From positions 7,516,446 through 7,580,445 of the forward strand of contig NC_057751.1 in the NCBI RefSeq assembly GCF_004010195.1: 64,000 nucleotides of DNA. The letters run 5' to 3'. Below, piece after piece: positions 25,212 through 38,718 of this stretch. The first letter of the stretch is position 1. Each line of letters opens with the position of its first letter. The DNA is from Chiloscyllium plagiosum. Taxonomy: Eukaryota. The notes under the pieces were generated by a model that was not told where the DNA came from, searched no databases, and saw nothing but the letters and a program-made list of their open reading frames with translations. The translations under genes were made by a program, and so were the position numbers.

Positions 25212-25259
25212 AATTCTCTTGGCTGCGCTTTTCCAGCACCTCACTTTTCACAAACTAGA

Positions 25260-25510
25260 CTACAGGGGCAGATGATGTGTGGGAACACCACCACAACCAG
25301 AATACTCCCCTCCAAGCCCACACACCACACTGACTTTGAACTATGTCCCCACAAATCCTTCACTATTACTGAGTCCTGACATTGGAATTGCCTTGCAGAT
25401 AGCACCAAATGGACTGCTGTGGTTTAAGAAAGACAGTTCACCACCACTTTGTCAAAGACCCGTGAGGTTTGGACAAGAAATGTCACCCAAATCAGCATCA
25501 CACAAATCTG
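25260..25510 (+). mobile_element. LINE-B 3' fragment
   Basis: gggaacaccacca...cccctccaagcccacaca...ggactgc...tcaccaccac. Confidence 0.7.
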
Positions 25511-26139
25511 TCAAAAGAATTTTATTACACGATGCTGACAGATGGCAAGACTGAAGAATGGGACAATTTCTGAAGGCACAGACAGAGAGAACAAAGTGAA
25601 GTGAAGGCATGGATGGACTAACATAAAACACTCTCTCAGCAGAAGGTAATTGCCCAAACTTGTGTGGTATGACCGGAGAACCTTTCTCCCATTCTGGGAA
25701 GATAAGTTTTTATCACAAAGGAACAGGCTGCAGGGCTCTTCTGGACAGCCGCAACTAAGATAATCACAAAACTAAGTACATTCTCAGGGAAATTATGATC
25801 AAAATGACTCAGTACAATGACTTCTCACTCCTCACACTCACCACCTTGGTGTAATCACAAAATATCACGGACAGCAACGGTTCAAGAAGGTAGCTCATCA
25901 CCACTTCTCGAGGGCAACTTGGGATAGGCAATGAATGCTGGGCCAGCCAGCCACACCCACATCCCATGAGAGAATTTTTTTAAAAATTACTGCTTGCCCC
26001 AGGGAAGCAGATAGGAGATAAAAGAGCAGGAGTTGGAGTTTTAAGGAAGAAAAGGGAGAAAGTAAAGAGAAGCGGGTAAATAAATAATTGCATGACAATG
26101 TCAGTCCACTCTGTTGAACAATTTTTATGTATTTTTATA

Positions 26140-27065
26140 ATACTCATTCAAGGCCACGTCAGCATTTATTACCCAACCCAAAGGGCAGTTGAGAGTCAAC
26201 TACATTACTGTGGGTTTGGGGTCTCTGTAGGCCAGACTACGTAAGGATGGCAGCTTCCTTCCCCAAGGACGTCAGTGAATCAGATGGATTTTTCCAACAA
26301 TCGTAAATTATTTCATACTCACCAACAGACCCTTATTTCCAAATATCTGTTGAATTCAAATTACACCGTCTGCCACAGCTGGAATCAAACCCGGGTCCCC
26401 AGAACATTGCCAAGACCTCTGGAGTAACAATCTAGCAGTAACATTGCTAGGCCTTCACCTCTCCTGAATTTTAAAAATTCTCACATGGGATGTGAGCATC
26501 AACGGGCAGGCCAGCAGTTATTGCCCACAGCGAAGTTAAGAGTCGACCACATTGCTATGGGTTTGGAGTCACATGTAGCTCATACTAGATAAAGGACATT
26601 TGTGAACCAGGTGGGTTTTTATGACATTTGGCAATTGTTGCCATCAGGCTAGCTTTTCATTCCAGATTGTACTTCAGAGAGTTCAAGTTTAACCATTGGC
26701 ACCATCATGGCATTCGAACCTTTACCCCCAAGGTATTAAGCTCGGATTCTGGATTACTCCCATGAAGCCACTGCTTTGTTGCACATGAGTCCACTTCAGA
26801 GGTCAGCTAAGAGTCAGCTACAACATTGCTGTGCATCTGAAGTCAAGTGGAGGCCAGATCAGGTAGAGGGAAGATTTCCAACTCTGAGGGCCCCCAGTGA
26901 ACCAGATTGGTTTGCACAATGACTGACAACCACTTGACCAGCTTTTAATCAAGTTCACATGTCACCATTTGCTATGGTGAAATTCAAACCCATGTCTCTC
27001 ACACATTAGTCTTGGACCCTGAATTACCATTCCACTGACACAACCACTCTCCACTGCCTCCCCAT
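26140..27065 (-). mobile_element. Three consecutive SINE-B copies
   Basis: The body motif (cacattgct/g...gagtcaca/tg...gtgaacca) recurs at ~26140-26465, 26470-26775 and 26790-27065. Confidence 0.75.
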
Positions 27066-27639
27066 CACCAATTAAGTCTTCACCTTGGGTCATCATTGTT
27101 GTGCAGCAGGGACTGCGGCAGAGGGGTCAATCTGCACACAGCAAGGTTCCACAAATACCCATGGCATCTTCCAAAGGGAAACACAGAGTGCCCAGCTTCC
27201 ACGAAAATAGAAAGGATACACTTCTGATTGCTAGCATGGTGAAGACATGCATTTCCATAATTCAGGTCTTACATTTCAAACAAAGGCAAGAAACTTGTTC
27301 AATTTACCAAAACTCAACTGCAGGAAATGCATTCAACGTGATGAGCACTCACGACTGAAGAGTCTGTGAGTCAGTGCAGTCAAGGTCTGGGATTTGCATG
27401 AAATTCCCTGGCGAAGGGTTTCACCGATTTCTGGACAGTGACCAGTCTCATGGCCTGGTACTGGGTCACATTATGGGAGGCTAACTTTGCAAAGCAGCCA
27501 TGGGGAAAATATGTTCCAGTTTTGGGAGCAAACGTATTCTGGTTGAATTGGCCCCTTCTGACAGCACCATTGCGTTGTGCAAAAGCCTGTGGCACTGTGT
27601 CAAATAAGAGCAGATGAGTTATCCTGGTCTCTCGGAACA

Positions 27640-27820
27640 AATTCATCCTCGAACAACATGACAAAAACTCGATTACCTTACCACAATCATATCGCTGTTA
27701 GCAGGCTTTGGGCAAGACTAGTTTCATTTACAACAGTGACTACACATCAAAAGTACTTCATCGACTGTGAATAAACATCTGAATGTCACAATAGGGATCG
27801 TACAAATGCACGCCTTTCTT
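27640..27820 (+). mobile_element. Deu-domain SINE (SacSINE1-like) 3' part
   Basis: cattacaacagtgactacacatcaaaagtacttcatcgactgtgaa...aaatgca tail. Confidence 0.7.
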
Positions 27821-28129
27821 CATTATCATGTTTCAATTGTCGAACATCTCACAATGCTAAAATACATGTCTTGTCAATCCTTCTTATTCTGTACATAAGA
27901 ATCATCCAACTGCAATGCCAAGACAAGAAATTTGTCCCCAGATTTGAACTTCTTAATGGGTTTGCCCTGAAGTGTCGTTCATTGGCAATGTCTGTTTGTG
28001 GAAATGGTTGACGATTTATCCCTTGACCACTAGCATGTATCCTCAGATGCCTCACACAGGGTTTGTTCTCTGTGTGATGCTCCCAGACAATGAGAAAAAG
28101 TAAACTCCATTACTTGCAATGGTTGTGGA

Positions 28130-28560
28130 ACCAGGGCAGTGCAGACCCTTCAGCCCCACCATGTCTGTACCAACCATGATGCCATTCTAAATTGATCCCA
28201 TTGGCCTTCACCTTTGTATCGTTTGACTCCCTGCCTTTTCACCTGACTATCTGAATACATCTTAAGCATTGTTGTCATCTCTGCTTCGAGCAGCAGCCCC
28301 CGCCCTAACCCCCCACCCCCCTGACAGCACGTTCCATGCACCTACCACCCTTGATGCAGAAAACTTTGCCTCATGCATTTCCTTTAAATGTCCCTCTTTC
28401 ATCTTTAGACCCATGCCCTGAGTATTTGATTTCCACCCTGAGAAAGAGACTCCCACTATCCACCCTATCCATGATTCTCATAATAATACATATTTCTATC
28501 AGGTCACCCCTCAGCGTCCAATGCTGTGGTGAAAACAATCCAAGTTTGTCCTCACTTTCT
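28130..28560 (-). mobile_element. CR1 3' fragment
   Basis: Translation LGLFS...LRGDLIEICIIMRIMDRVD. Confidence 0.85.
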
Positions 28561-28609
28561 GGGGCCAATTTCTATTCAAGACCTGCCAAGGGGGAAACTG
28601 AGTCACATA

Positions 28610-28880
28610 ACAGCACTAACGGTTTTCTGTGATGTTGATTAAGGAACAATTATTGGGCCAACAGACAGGGAAAACTCTCTTGTTTTTCCTCAGAATAGTG
28701 CCGTGGGTTTTCCCACGTTGAATTAATTCAGGCAGAGGATGCCTCGTTCTGATGTACTTTTTGAAAGATGGCTCCTCCAGAAGAACAGCACTCGCTCAGT
28801 GCTGCACCAAAGTGAAAGCCTTGGCTTTACATTCAGGTCCCTGGAGTGGGATCTTAACCTGCTGGTTCAGAGGGGAGAAT
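28610..28880 (-). mobile_element. Deu-domain SINE remnant
   Basis: gaatagtgccgtggg...cagcactcgctcagtgctgcac...ctggagtggga pattern (reverse complement of head plus Deu domain). Confidence 0.65.
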
Positions 28881-31347
28881 GTGACCAAGGCTGAGACTTG
28901 GAACATTTTAATAGGGTCACAGATACCCCAACAATGAATGCATGAGTGTAAGGCAATTGGGCAAGGATTGGCTCCTATTTGGAACCATGGACCATCAAGG
29001 CATGGAAAGAGAGGGTAATTGGACCGGGGATTGTGAGGGAGTCAGAGTCAAGCAAAGAGATCATTTCAGACACACAGAGCAGGGTGTAGCCCTGGGTGAC
29101 ATGCAGCAAACAACAGTTTGTGCTGCTGGTGAACAATGTAAGAGATGACAGGAGTCCCTGGAAGCTGCTGCTGCAGCAACAGAGACGCAAATCATTCCAG
29201 GAGGAAAATGAATCTGTCAAGCTTAGTACAGTACAATCTGGCCAGGAGCTGGATTGATCAGCTCCCCTCCAATTCCATTCCTCTCACGACACTATGAAAC
29301 ACTTGATTCCAATTTACGGGCTGGTGCAGTTATCACAACATCCAAAGCTGTGATTACTGAATACAAGTTCCACAGAGATGCCACAGAGTTGTGCAACAAT
29401 CACTGCTTAGTTAGAAACATGTGATTTCCGGGTTTATGTCAAGTTGTAGATAAGAGATGTGAACAGTAGGGCAATAGACCATTATCTCCTTAAGGCTCTA
29501 TCTGTCAGCACTTATCTAAGCTGACTGCAGTACCTTAAGTTAAATAAATGTGTACTGCTCCAACAATGCCTCTCTGCCTCTAAGAACACAGGAACTGGAC
29601 TGAGGCTCCAAATTCATTTGACAAGCTCCCCACAGCTTTCGTACCTTTGGTTTGGGCGGGACTGGAACTGAGAATCCATAAATGAGAAACATGGTCCCTG
29701 GACCTTCTGCAGGTCTGGTCTGTCATGCCCCAGCACAATGGGTCCTCTGTTCTTCTTAATATTTTCTGATGTCAGTTTTTCCAGGAAATAGTTCAGGGTC
29801 TTTTGTGGAGATGGCTTGATTACTAAGAACAGGCGTCAAGATGAGTCAACACTTTGAACAGATAAAATGGAATGGATGGAGTCACAGTCAGGTCACTGGA
29901 ATAATAATTCTGAGACTCAGGGTCTGGGATATTTCTGGAAAGATGGGCTGAGGCCCTTCCACAGTAGCTCATGAAACCTCAACACAATGAATAAAACACA
30001 ATATTGAAAGCTAGGCTCAGTCACAACGACCACAAAAATATCATCCGCTGTTGTAAAACGTCCACTCGGGGAGGACATTTGCCATCCTAACCTGCTCTGG
30101 CCTACATGTGGCTCCAGACCCATAGCAATTTCACTGCATCTGATTTGGGCCACTGAAATGGCACCATTCAGTCCAAGTATAGGGATCAAATGCTGAGCTT
30201 GTCAGTGACACTCACTTCCCATGACAGAGTTAAGAAGAACAAGGTGTTGCATCAGACTTGCAAGGCACAGTTCTTCTCAAGTATCAGCTGAAATGAATCA
30301 GCTGAGTGCCTGAAGTGCCGTCTGTATAGCAAAGGGCAGTGAGACTGAACAACATATAGGGTCGCAGTGGCCCACTGATTCAAATCCCACCTTGGCAACT
30401 GGTGAAATTTGAAGCCAATTATTAAATTCCAAATAAAACAATGAACTACAGATGCTGTAAATGTCATGACTACAGATGCAGGACTGTCAACATCTCGGGA
30501 GAGAGTTCATAAAGAAGAGTGAAGGTTGTGAGTCTAGTGAACATGTGTCAAAACTGCAAGCAGCTGGGAAAGGGTGCGATTTATGCTGATGTGTGTGCTA
30601 GCATCAGGGTGAACAGAAAGGAGTGAATAGAGAGTAGACGGAGATAGTGCTGAGAGAGAGAGAGGAAGGAAAGGAGGCAAACAAAGGAATTGTTAATGAT
30701 GCAGTGAGAAGTTGAATACTCCCAGCATAACCAACCCATTTTCCACCATTCACATTTCTTAAAAGCACTCAACTCAACAATTATCTCTCTCAGCTTACCA
30801 TCAGCAATCATTCATTTATTCTATCTGATACTGAGAATACTCATACTGGGAACTGGGTAAAACAATTACACTTAGACTGTGAGCGTTCTGAGGAAGGGTC
30901 ACTTGACCTGAAGCGTTAATCTGATTTCTCTTCACAGATGTGTGATCACGCTGCTCCTTTAACAAGGTTATGCTGTCCTTAGCTTTTTTTTCCCCCAGAA
31001 AGGTCAGAAAAGCAGCAATTCCAAAAAGTCTAGGTTTAAAGGGTTTTAGGGCCAATTTGATTATAGCTAACATATACTGCCTCAGGTAAAAGGTTTTCGA
31101 GTTTAAAAAAGACACTCGGACAATGAAAGGGGAGTGGCCAGTTCTCCCAGCTCAGCTTTTCTCTGGTTTGGTTCGGTTTTTAGCAGTCTGTTCACTGAAA
31201 GAGTGCAATCAATGAGTGAGGCTGCTGGTCCAAGAAATGGCTACATGGAAGAAGGTGTTCCATGCTAAATTTCTCTGTCATCTCTCTCTCTCTCCTATAA
31301 GAGCCTGTGTTTGATTTTACCTTTTGTGCCAAGGCATGTTTCTGGGG

Positions 31348-34347
31348 CCTCAATGTTGTACCAACCTGCGAAACCAATCTGAAGCCCATCTGTCCTACAC
31401 TATTCCATTCTCATCCATGCCCTTTAAATGCCCTTCTACACTATTCCATTCTCATTTAAATGCCCTTAAAGTTGCCGAGTCTACTACTGTTTCAGGCAAT
31501 GCGTTCCATGCCCCTACTACTTTCTGAGTTAAGAAACTACCTATGACATCTGTCCTATATCAATCACCCCTCAATTTAAAGCTATGTTCCCTTGTACTAG
31601 CCATTGCCATCTGAGGAAAAAGGCTCTCACTGTCCAACCTACCTAATCCTCTGATTATCTTATATGTCTCAATTAAGTCACCTCTCAACCTTCTTCTCTC
31701 CAAAGAAAATAGCCTCAAGTTCCTCAGCCTTTCCTTGGGAGACCTTCCCTCCATACCAGGCAACATCCCAGTAAATCACCTCTGAACCGTCTCCAAAGCT
31801 TCCACATCCTTCCTACAATGCGGTGACCAGAACTATATGCAATAATCCAAGGGTGACCGCACCAGAGTTTTGTACAGCTGCAATATGACCTCATGGCTCT
31901 GAATCTCTGTCCCTCTACCAATAAAAGCTCAAACACCATATGCCTTCTTATCAAGCCTATCAATCTGGGTGGCAAATTTCAGGGATCTATTTACATGGAC
32001 AGCAAGATCTCTTGCTCATCTACACTACATTAGCCCAGTACTCTTTATTCCTGTTACTCCCTGAATCACCTCACACTTTTCTGCATTAAACTCCAATTGC
32101 CACCTCCTGGCCGAGCTCTGCAGCTTATCGATGTCCCTCTGTAACCTACAACATCCTTCGGCACTATCCACAACTCTACCGACCTTCGTGTCATCTGCAA
32201 ATTTACTAACCCATTCTTCTACGCCCTCACCCAGGTCATTTATAAAAATAACAAACAGCAGTGACCCCAAAACAGATCCTTGAAGTACACCACTAGTAAC
32301 TAAACTACAGGATGAACATTTCCCATCTGTCTTCTTTCAGCAAGCCAATTTCTGATCCAAACCACTAAATCACCCTCAATCCCATGCCTATGTATTTTGT
32401 GCAGTAGCCTCCCATGGGAACCCTTATCAAACGCCTTACTGAAATCCCTATGCACCACATCAACTGCTTTACCCTCATCCATCTGTTTGGTCACATTATT
32501 AAAGAACTCAATTATGTTTGTGAGGCACGACCTACCCTTCACAAAACCGTGTTGACTATCCCTAATCAACTTTCTAGATGATTATAAATCCTATCTCTTA
32601 TATCCTTTTCCAACACTTTACCCACAACCAAAGTAAGGCTCACAGGTCTATAATTTCCAGGGTTGTCTCTACTCCCCTTCTTGAACAAGGGAACAACATT
32701 TGCTATCCTCCAGTCTTCTAGCACTATTCCAGTAGACAATGATGACATAAAGATCAAAGCTAAAGATTCTGCAACCTCCTCCCTGGCTTCCCAGAGAATC
32801 TTAGGATAAATCCCATCCAGCCCAGGGGACTTATCTATTTTCACACTTTCCAGAATTGCTAACACCTCCTCCTTGGAAACCTCAATCCTATCCCTAGTAG
32901 CAAGTATCTCAGCATTCTCCTCAACAACATTGTCTTTTTCCTATGTGAAAACTGATGCAAAATATTCATTTAGCACTTCCCCTATCTCTTCTGATTCCAC
33001 GCACAATTTCCCACTATTCCAGTTATTCTTTTATTCCTGATATACCTATAGAAAGCCTTGGGGTTTTCCTTGATCCTATCCACCAATGACTTCTCATGTT
33101 CCCTCCTGGCTCTTCTTATCTCTCTCTTTAGGTCTTTCCTGGCTAACTTGTAACTCTCAAGGGCCCTAACTGAGCCTTCACATCTCATCCGAACATAAGC
33201 CTTTTTCTTCCTCTTGACAAGAGCTTGAACTTCTTCAGTAAACCATGGCTCCCCCGCTCAACAACTGCCTCACTGCCTGACAGGTACATAATTATCAAGG
33301 ACACACAGTAGCTGTTCCTTGAATAAGCTACACATTTCTATTGTGCCCATGCCCTGCAGTTTCCTTCCCCATCCTATGCATCTTAAATCTTGCCTAATCG
33401 CATCATAATTGCCTTTCCCCCAGCTATAACTCTTGACCTGTGATATATACCTATCCCTTTCCATCACTAAAGTAAACCTAACCGAATTGTGGTCACTATC
33501 ACCAAAGTGCTCACCTACTTCCAATTCTAACACCTGGCCAGTTTCCTTACCCAATACCAAATCTAATGTGGTCTTGCCCCTTGTTGGTCTGTCTACAAAC
33601 TGTGTCATAAAACCCTCCTAAACACATTGGTCAAAAACTGACCCATCTAACGTAATCGAACTAAAGTATTTCCATTCAATAGTTGGAAAGTTAAAGACCC
33701 CGTAACAACTACCCTGTTACTCTCACTCCTATCCAGAATCGTCTTTGCTATCCTTTCCTCTACATCTCTGGAACTATTCAGAGGCCTATAGAAAACCCCC
33801 GATAGATTAGATTAGATTACATTACATTACAGTGTGGAAACAGGCCCTTCGGCCCAACAAGTCCACACGGACTCGCCGAAGCGCAACCCACCCATACCTC
33901 TACATTTACCCCTTACCTAACACTACGGGCAATTTAGCATGGCCAATTCACCTGACCTGCACATCTTTGGACTGTGGAGGAAACCGGAGCACCCAGAGGA
34001 AACCCACGCAGACACGGGGAGAAGTGCAAACTCCACACAGTCAGTCGCCTGAGGTGGGAATTGAACCCGGGTCTCTGGCGCTGTGAGGCAACAGTCCTTT
34101 CCTATTTCTAACCTCAGCCCTTACGACCTCAGTAGATGAGTCCTCAAACGTCCTTCCTACCACCGTAATACTGCCCTTGACTAACAATGCCACACTTTCC
34201 CTCTTTTGCCATCTTTTCTGTTCATACTGAAACATCTAAATCCCGTAACCTGCAACAACCATTCCTGTCCCTGCTCTATGCATGTTTCCAAAATAACCAC
34301 AACATCAAAATCCCAGGTACCAACCCAATGCTGCAAGTTCACCCACA
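31348..34347 (-). mobile_element. CR1 LINE, most of ORF2 (APE endonuclease plus RT), frameshifted
   Basis: Translations LDLVLG...HFGDSDHN (EN), KSPGLDGIYP, NYRPVSLT, QHGFVKGRSCLTN, DFSKAFDK, KFADDTK and RRLRGDLIETYKI. Confidence 0.97.
33802..34092 (-). mobile_element. HE1-type SINE (5' end clipped) nested in the CR1 endonuclease region
   Basis: (TAGAT)n tail, near-consensus body and B box. A box missing. Confidence 0.95.
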
Positions 34348-34409
34348 ATTGTTACAGGAATTTGGAACAGTGTCATTAAGTTGGGATGATCTGTTTTTAG
34401 ATCTGTTTT

Positions 34410-34708
34410 AAATCTTATTCAAGATTTCCTACAGTGTGGAAACAGGCCTTTCGGCCCAACTAGTCCACACTGACCCTCCGAAGATAACCCACCCAGACCC
34501 ATTTCCCTCTGACGAACACAATGGGCAATTTAACACGGCCAATTTACCTTAATTGCACATCTTTGGACTGTGGGAGGAAATCGGAGCACCCAGAGGAAAC
34601 CGGAGAATGTGCAAACTCTACATAGACAGTCATCCAAGGATGGAATCGAACCTGGGACCCTGGTGCTGTGAGGCAGCAGTGCTAACCACTGTGCCACCGT
34701 GCCACCCC
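34410..34708 (-). mobile_element. HE1-type SINE nested in LTR-A
   Basis: Full head and body. Confidence 0.93.
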
Positions 34709-35364
34709 TTAAGTTACTTTGTATTCTGTTTTGTTTGTTACGTTCAATAGTATTGCAAATAAATTCTGTTCCATTTAAAACCAAGTTGTTGGGTCAGCTG
34801 CATCATTCCTGGAATATCCACTCTATACCTGCTTAAAACAACTAGCAAAGTTTGGGTCTGGGCTACTTTTTTGAAATGTTTTGAGGGGGTCTAGCCTGGT
34901 CCATAATAGGTACTACCAGACCAGCTGAGCTTTTCCAGCAATTTCTGTTTTGTTTTTTTTTTGGCATCTGCATCTTTCAGTTTTCATTAAATTTATGTTG
35001 TGGTCCATGGAGTAGCAGGACCCGAGAGAAACAGTGACATTTTCCCATTTTGGTTGGAACACAGGTGGCAATGATAGCTATAAGAACAATCTTCATGGAA
35101 CACGGAAACACTCCCAATGTCACATTCCTTTTGGTATTCTTCTGTGATTGGTCAGTGGGCTGTTAGGAATTTCAGACAGGTCTGACTTCCTGGTCATCAT
35201 CATTTCTACCTTCAGACAAAGCTCATGTGATTTACAGTGCTGTGGAAATGGGATTTGAGTGGAGAATGGTCTGAAATATCCTGATATTTCAGATAATTGA
35301 GAGACAAGCTAAGTTGACAGAATGTGTTTGCGTGTGTGTGTGAGAGAGAGAGAGATAGAAGTTG

Positions 35365-36075
35365 CTGTAGAGTCAGAGAGTCATACAGCGAGGAAAGAGA
35401 CCCTTCAGTCCAACCAGTCCATGCCAACCATAATACCAAACTAAACTCATCCCACTTGCCTGTGCTTGGCCCAGTTCTCTCCCAAAATTTCTTATTCATG
35501 TACTTATCCCAATGTCTATTCAAAGTTGTAACTGTACCCACATCCACCACTTTCTCTGGAAGTTTATTCCATACATGAAACCACTCTCTGTGTAAAAAAA
35601 TTGCCCCTCATGTCTTTTTAAATATTTCTCCTCTCACCTGTAAAGTATGCCCCTTAATCTTGAAATCCTCACCCAAGGAAAGAGATGCCTGCCATTCACC
35701 TTGCTGTACACCTCATGATTTTGTAAACCTTTATAAATCACCTCTCAACCTGCTATGCTCTGATGAAAAAAGTCCCAGCCTAGCCAACCTCTCCTTCGAC
35801 CTCAAACCCTCCCTTTCCAGATACATCCTGGTAAATCTTTTTTGAGCCCTTTCAAGTTTCACAACTTTTCTCTTAGAGGGCGGCCAGAACTGTGTGCGGT
35901 ACTCCACAAGAGACCTCACCAATGTCCTGCACAACCTTAACATAACGTCCCAGCTCTTTTACTCAAAGGTCTGAGCAATGAAGGCAAGCTTACGAACTGC
36001 CTTCTTCACCACCCTTCTGTGTGTGGTGCAAACTTCAAAGAACCCCTCGGTCTCTTCATTCTACAACACTCCCCA
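35365..36075 (-). mobile_element. CR1/HER1 3' fragment
   Basis: Translation LVEYRTQFWPP...LERAQKRFTRM...RLRGDL, followed by the tail. Confidence 0.92.
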
Positions 36076-38395
36076 TTTTGATAGCAACATGCTGTGGTTC
36101 ACTATACAGGATGGTGGGTGGGAGTTCACAATCAACCAGGAGGTTGATTAAAACGGGTCTGGAAGATTCGCGTAGCTTGTGTTAGGGGAACAATCTCCGG
36201 GGGAGAAAACTCAACGTGAAAGATCAATGAGATTACATTTTCCAAGGCTGGAGAAGAAGAACAACAACAAAAACATAAACCCTCAGGCTCTAAGGTGGTT
36301 CATGGTGAATCGGATGTCCAATTAAAAGTGTGTGAGAGTTTTGATGTTCTGAATGAGAATGTTCTGTGGTTTGAGTCTAAGTCGCCTTACAGAATTGGTC
36401 TTTGGACAACAATGCATTCAGCCTTTTGCTGCAACACAAGTTTTACAAAAACAAATCTCATCATGTCACGCTTTCAGCTGTTAACTGGAAGTTCACATTA
36501 CTTTCAAAAGGTTATTGGTCTCTGTGGAGTTTGTAAACATTTATTTGAACTTGAATATCAGATCTTCAAGCCCTGCGATAGATATTTTCAGACACCTGCA
36601 TCAGTGCAGATATCCAATAAATGATTGCGAATTTCTGCTTTTGGCTCTGTGGTTGATAGAAGTGTTTGAAGAGTGTGTTATTGGCCAAGATTAGATATAG
36701 AACCAGTTGGAACCATGAAAGTGAATAACCTTCAGTGCTCCCTTAGCAACCTGCTCCAAACCCGCTGGGCTTCTCAAGCACTGTGTGTTCTTAGTTCAGG
36801 CATTAAAAACTTGAATTCCATGAGAGACCCGAGAAACTAAAGTGTTCTTCAGAGAGTGGAGGAGGATAATCTTCATCAAGCACCAGATATATTCTGCCAT
36901 GTGACCAGAAAAGGCAAAAAGAGTATCGGATGAAGATTCAATAATAACTTGCAGAAACGAATAATTTAGACCTTTATGAGTAAAGGTTTGCAGAGCTATG
37001 GGTAAGGAGTGAGGGGACGAATGGGATAGTGCTTTCCAAGATCCTATGCAGGCACACAGGGCTGAACAGTCTCCATCTCTGCTGCATCATTCACTGCAGA
37101 GAGACAGAACCCATGCTCACATCCAGAGGCCTCACTTGGATGTGCGTCATCACACATGTCAATGTAAGTGAAGGCTCATTTGCCAAAAGGATTTGCAAAG
37201 TGGTGGTTGACGTGCAATCAATCGCAATAAGGCCGAGCGATAACATACTGCGCCCTCTGACCCGCCTTACCACCACTTGGGCCAGGGACAGGTGCACAAC
37301 ATCAAAAGAGATTAAGTCTGTTTCTTCTCTCCATTCTGTCTGCGAACACGCACTAAGCAATGTTCAGTCGCTCTCAGTGTCAGATCACTTGCCTTTAGCA
37401 GACAAGGCAAACCCAGTGAAAATGCATTCTGAATTTCACCGACTTTCCCACTGCTGCTTAATTATTAATGGACAGTATAAATTCCATCTCCTCCTTAAAC
37501 ATACACACGATAGAGGGTGGGTATTAGACTAAATTATTATTAAATCCATGATTCCTTCAATACATTAATTTTTTATCAGGAATTCAAAACTAGAAAAATT
37601 AGCCATGGGGGAAGAGAGCAAGTAAAAGCTCTAATCTATAACCACAGGCTTATGAATATTTTATGGTGATCTGGGTCTGACTGTAGCCCCAGGATATGGT
37701 TGACATATAACTCACGGTGGCTTTATTCAAAGCAAATGTATTTCCAAACAACCAGAATCAATAGAGTTTCCTTAATGTTAGCAATCACGTTAGCTCTGAT
37801 TGTTATTTAACGTAACTGGCAAAGGTTCTGTTAACACACAAGAATGCGTTTACTTCTGGTAGTAAATGCAATGAAAACATAGCTGTGTGTGTGTCCCTTT
37901 CTGCACTTTCCCCTGCTCACACTCGGGCGTTCCTCCTATTCTTCACTGCACCATTGCTGCCTGCTTTGCCGCCTTTTGTAATCCTCAGAAGTCCTTTTTT
38001 TTGATACGCTTTTCTGCTGATTTTATGTGCATTGCCCACTCTGTCTATTGCTCACAAAGATCTCCTTGAACACCAGGAACACGAGAGATATTTGTTGCTG
38101 TGTTGACTCAGGTCATAAGTATCTGACCAACACCCCAATCTGATTGATTCTGCTTACAAAATGGAAAAACAATAATATACTCATAAAGAATAAGAAACAT
38201 ACAAACAATACTAAGATTGCAATTAAAAAAAGCCCGTCAGCTCTGTGGTCCACACACACCTCCTTCCACTCTTCCTGGTCCAATCCTTTCAGCATATCCT
38301 TCAGTTCATTTCTTCCTTGTGTGTATTTAGTTTCCCATTCACTGTGCCTATATTGTGTGAGTGAGTTCCATATTCTGACAACTATCTATTATTAG

Positions 38396-38718
38396 GGCAG
38401 CGTGGTGGCTCAGTGGTTAGCACTGCTGCCTCTGAAGGAACCGGGTTTGATTCCAGCCTCAGGCCAGTGTGTGGAGTTTGCACATTCTCCCCGTGTTTGC
38501 GTCTGGGTGCTCCAGTTTCCTCACAGTCCAAAGATGTACATGTGAGATGGATTGGCCCTGCTAAATTGCCCACCGTGTCCAGGGATGTGTGGGCCAGATG
38601 GATTAGCCATGGGAACCGTGAGGTTACATTGATAGGGTGGGGAGTGGGACTAGGTGGGATGCTGTTCAGAGGGTCTGTGCAAACTCGATGGGTTGAATAG
38701 CCTCCATAGGGATTCTAT
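38396..38718 (+). mobile_element. HE1-type SINE between two CR1 tail fragments (38210-38395 minus, 38720-39040 plus)
   Basis: A and B boxes, V-domain. Confidence 0.9.

Larger units (their letters stand above)
25046..25246. mobile_element. Penelope-derived palindromic mini-element with two inverted hammerhead cores
   Basis: Inverted arms. TSD ttcacaaacaag / ttcacaaactag at 25034-25045 and 25247-25258. Confidence 0.88.
30941..34908 (+). mobile_element. LTR-A solo LTR split into 30941-31347, 34348-~34405 and 34709-34908 by a CR1 and a SINE
   Basis: Colinear with 3750-4372 across both junctions (gtttctgggg|attgttacaggaatttggaacag). Itself inserted into a Penelope-derived element. Confidence 0.85.

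Noticed and set aside
27392..27399. Octamer ATTTGCAT suggesting an immunoglobulin promoter
   Set aside because: No leader or V exon and no heptamer-nonamer RSS found nearby.
3750..34908. The two LTR-A copies as ends of one 31-kb provirus
   Set aside because: Each has its own flanks/TSD, they are diverged, and no gag/pol lies between them.
37029..37532. 167-aa ORF
   Set aside because: Begins in a CR1 tail at a non-ATG codon and has no domain signature.
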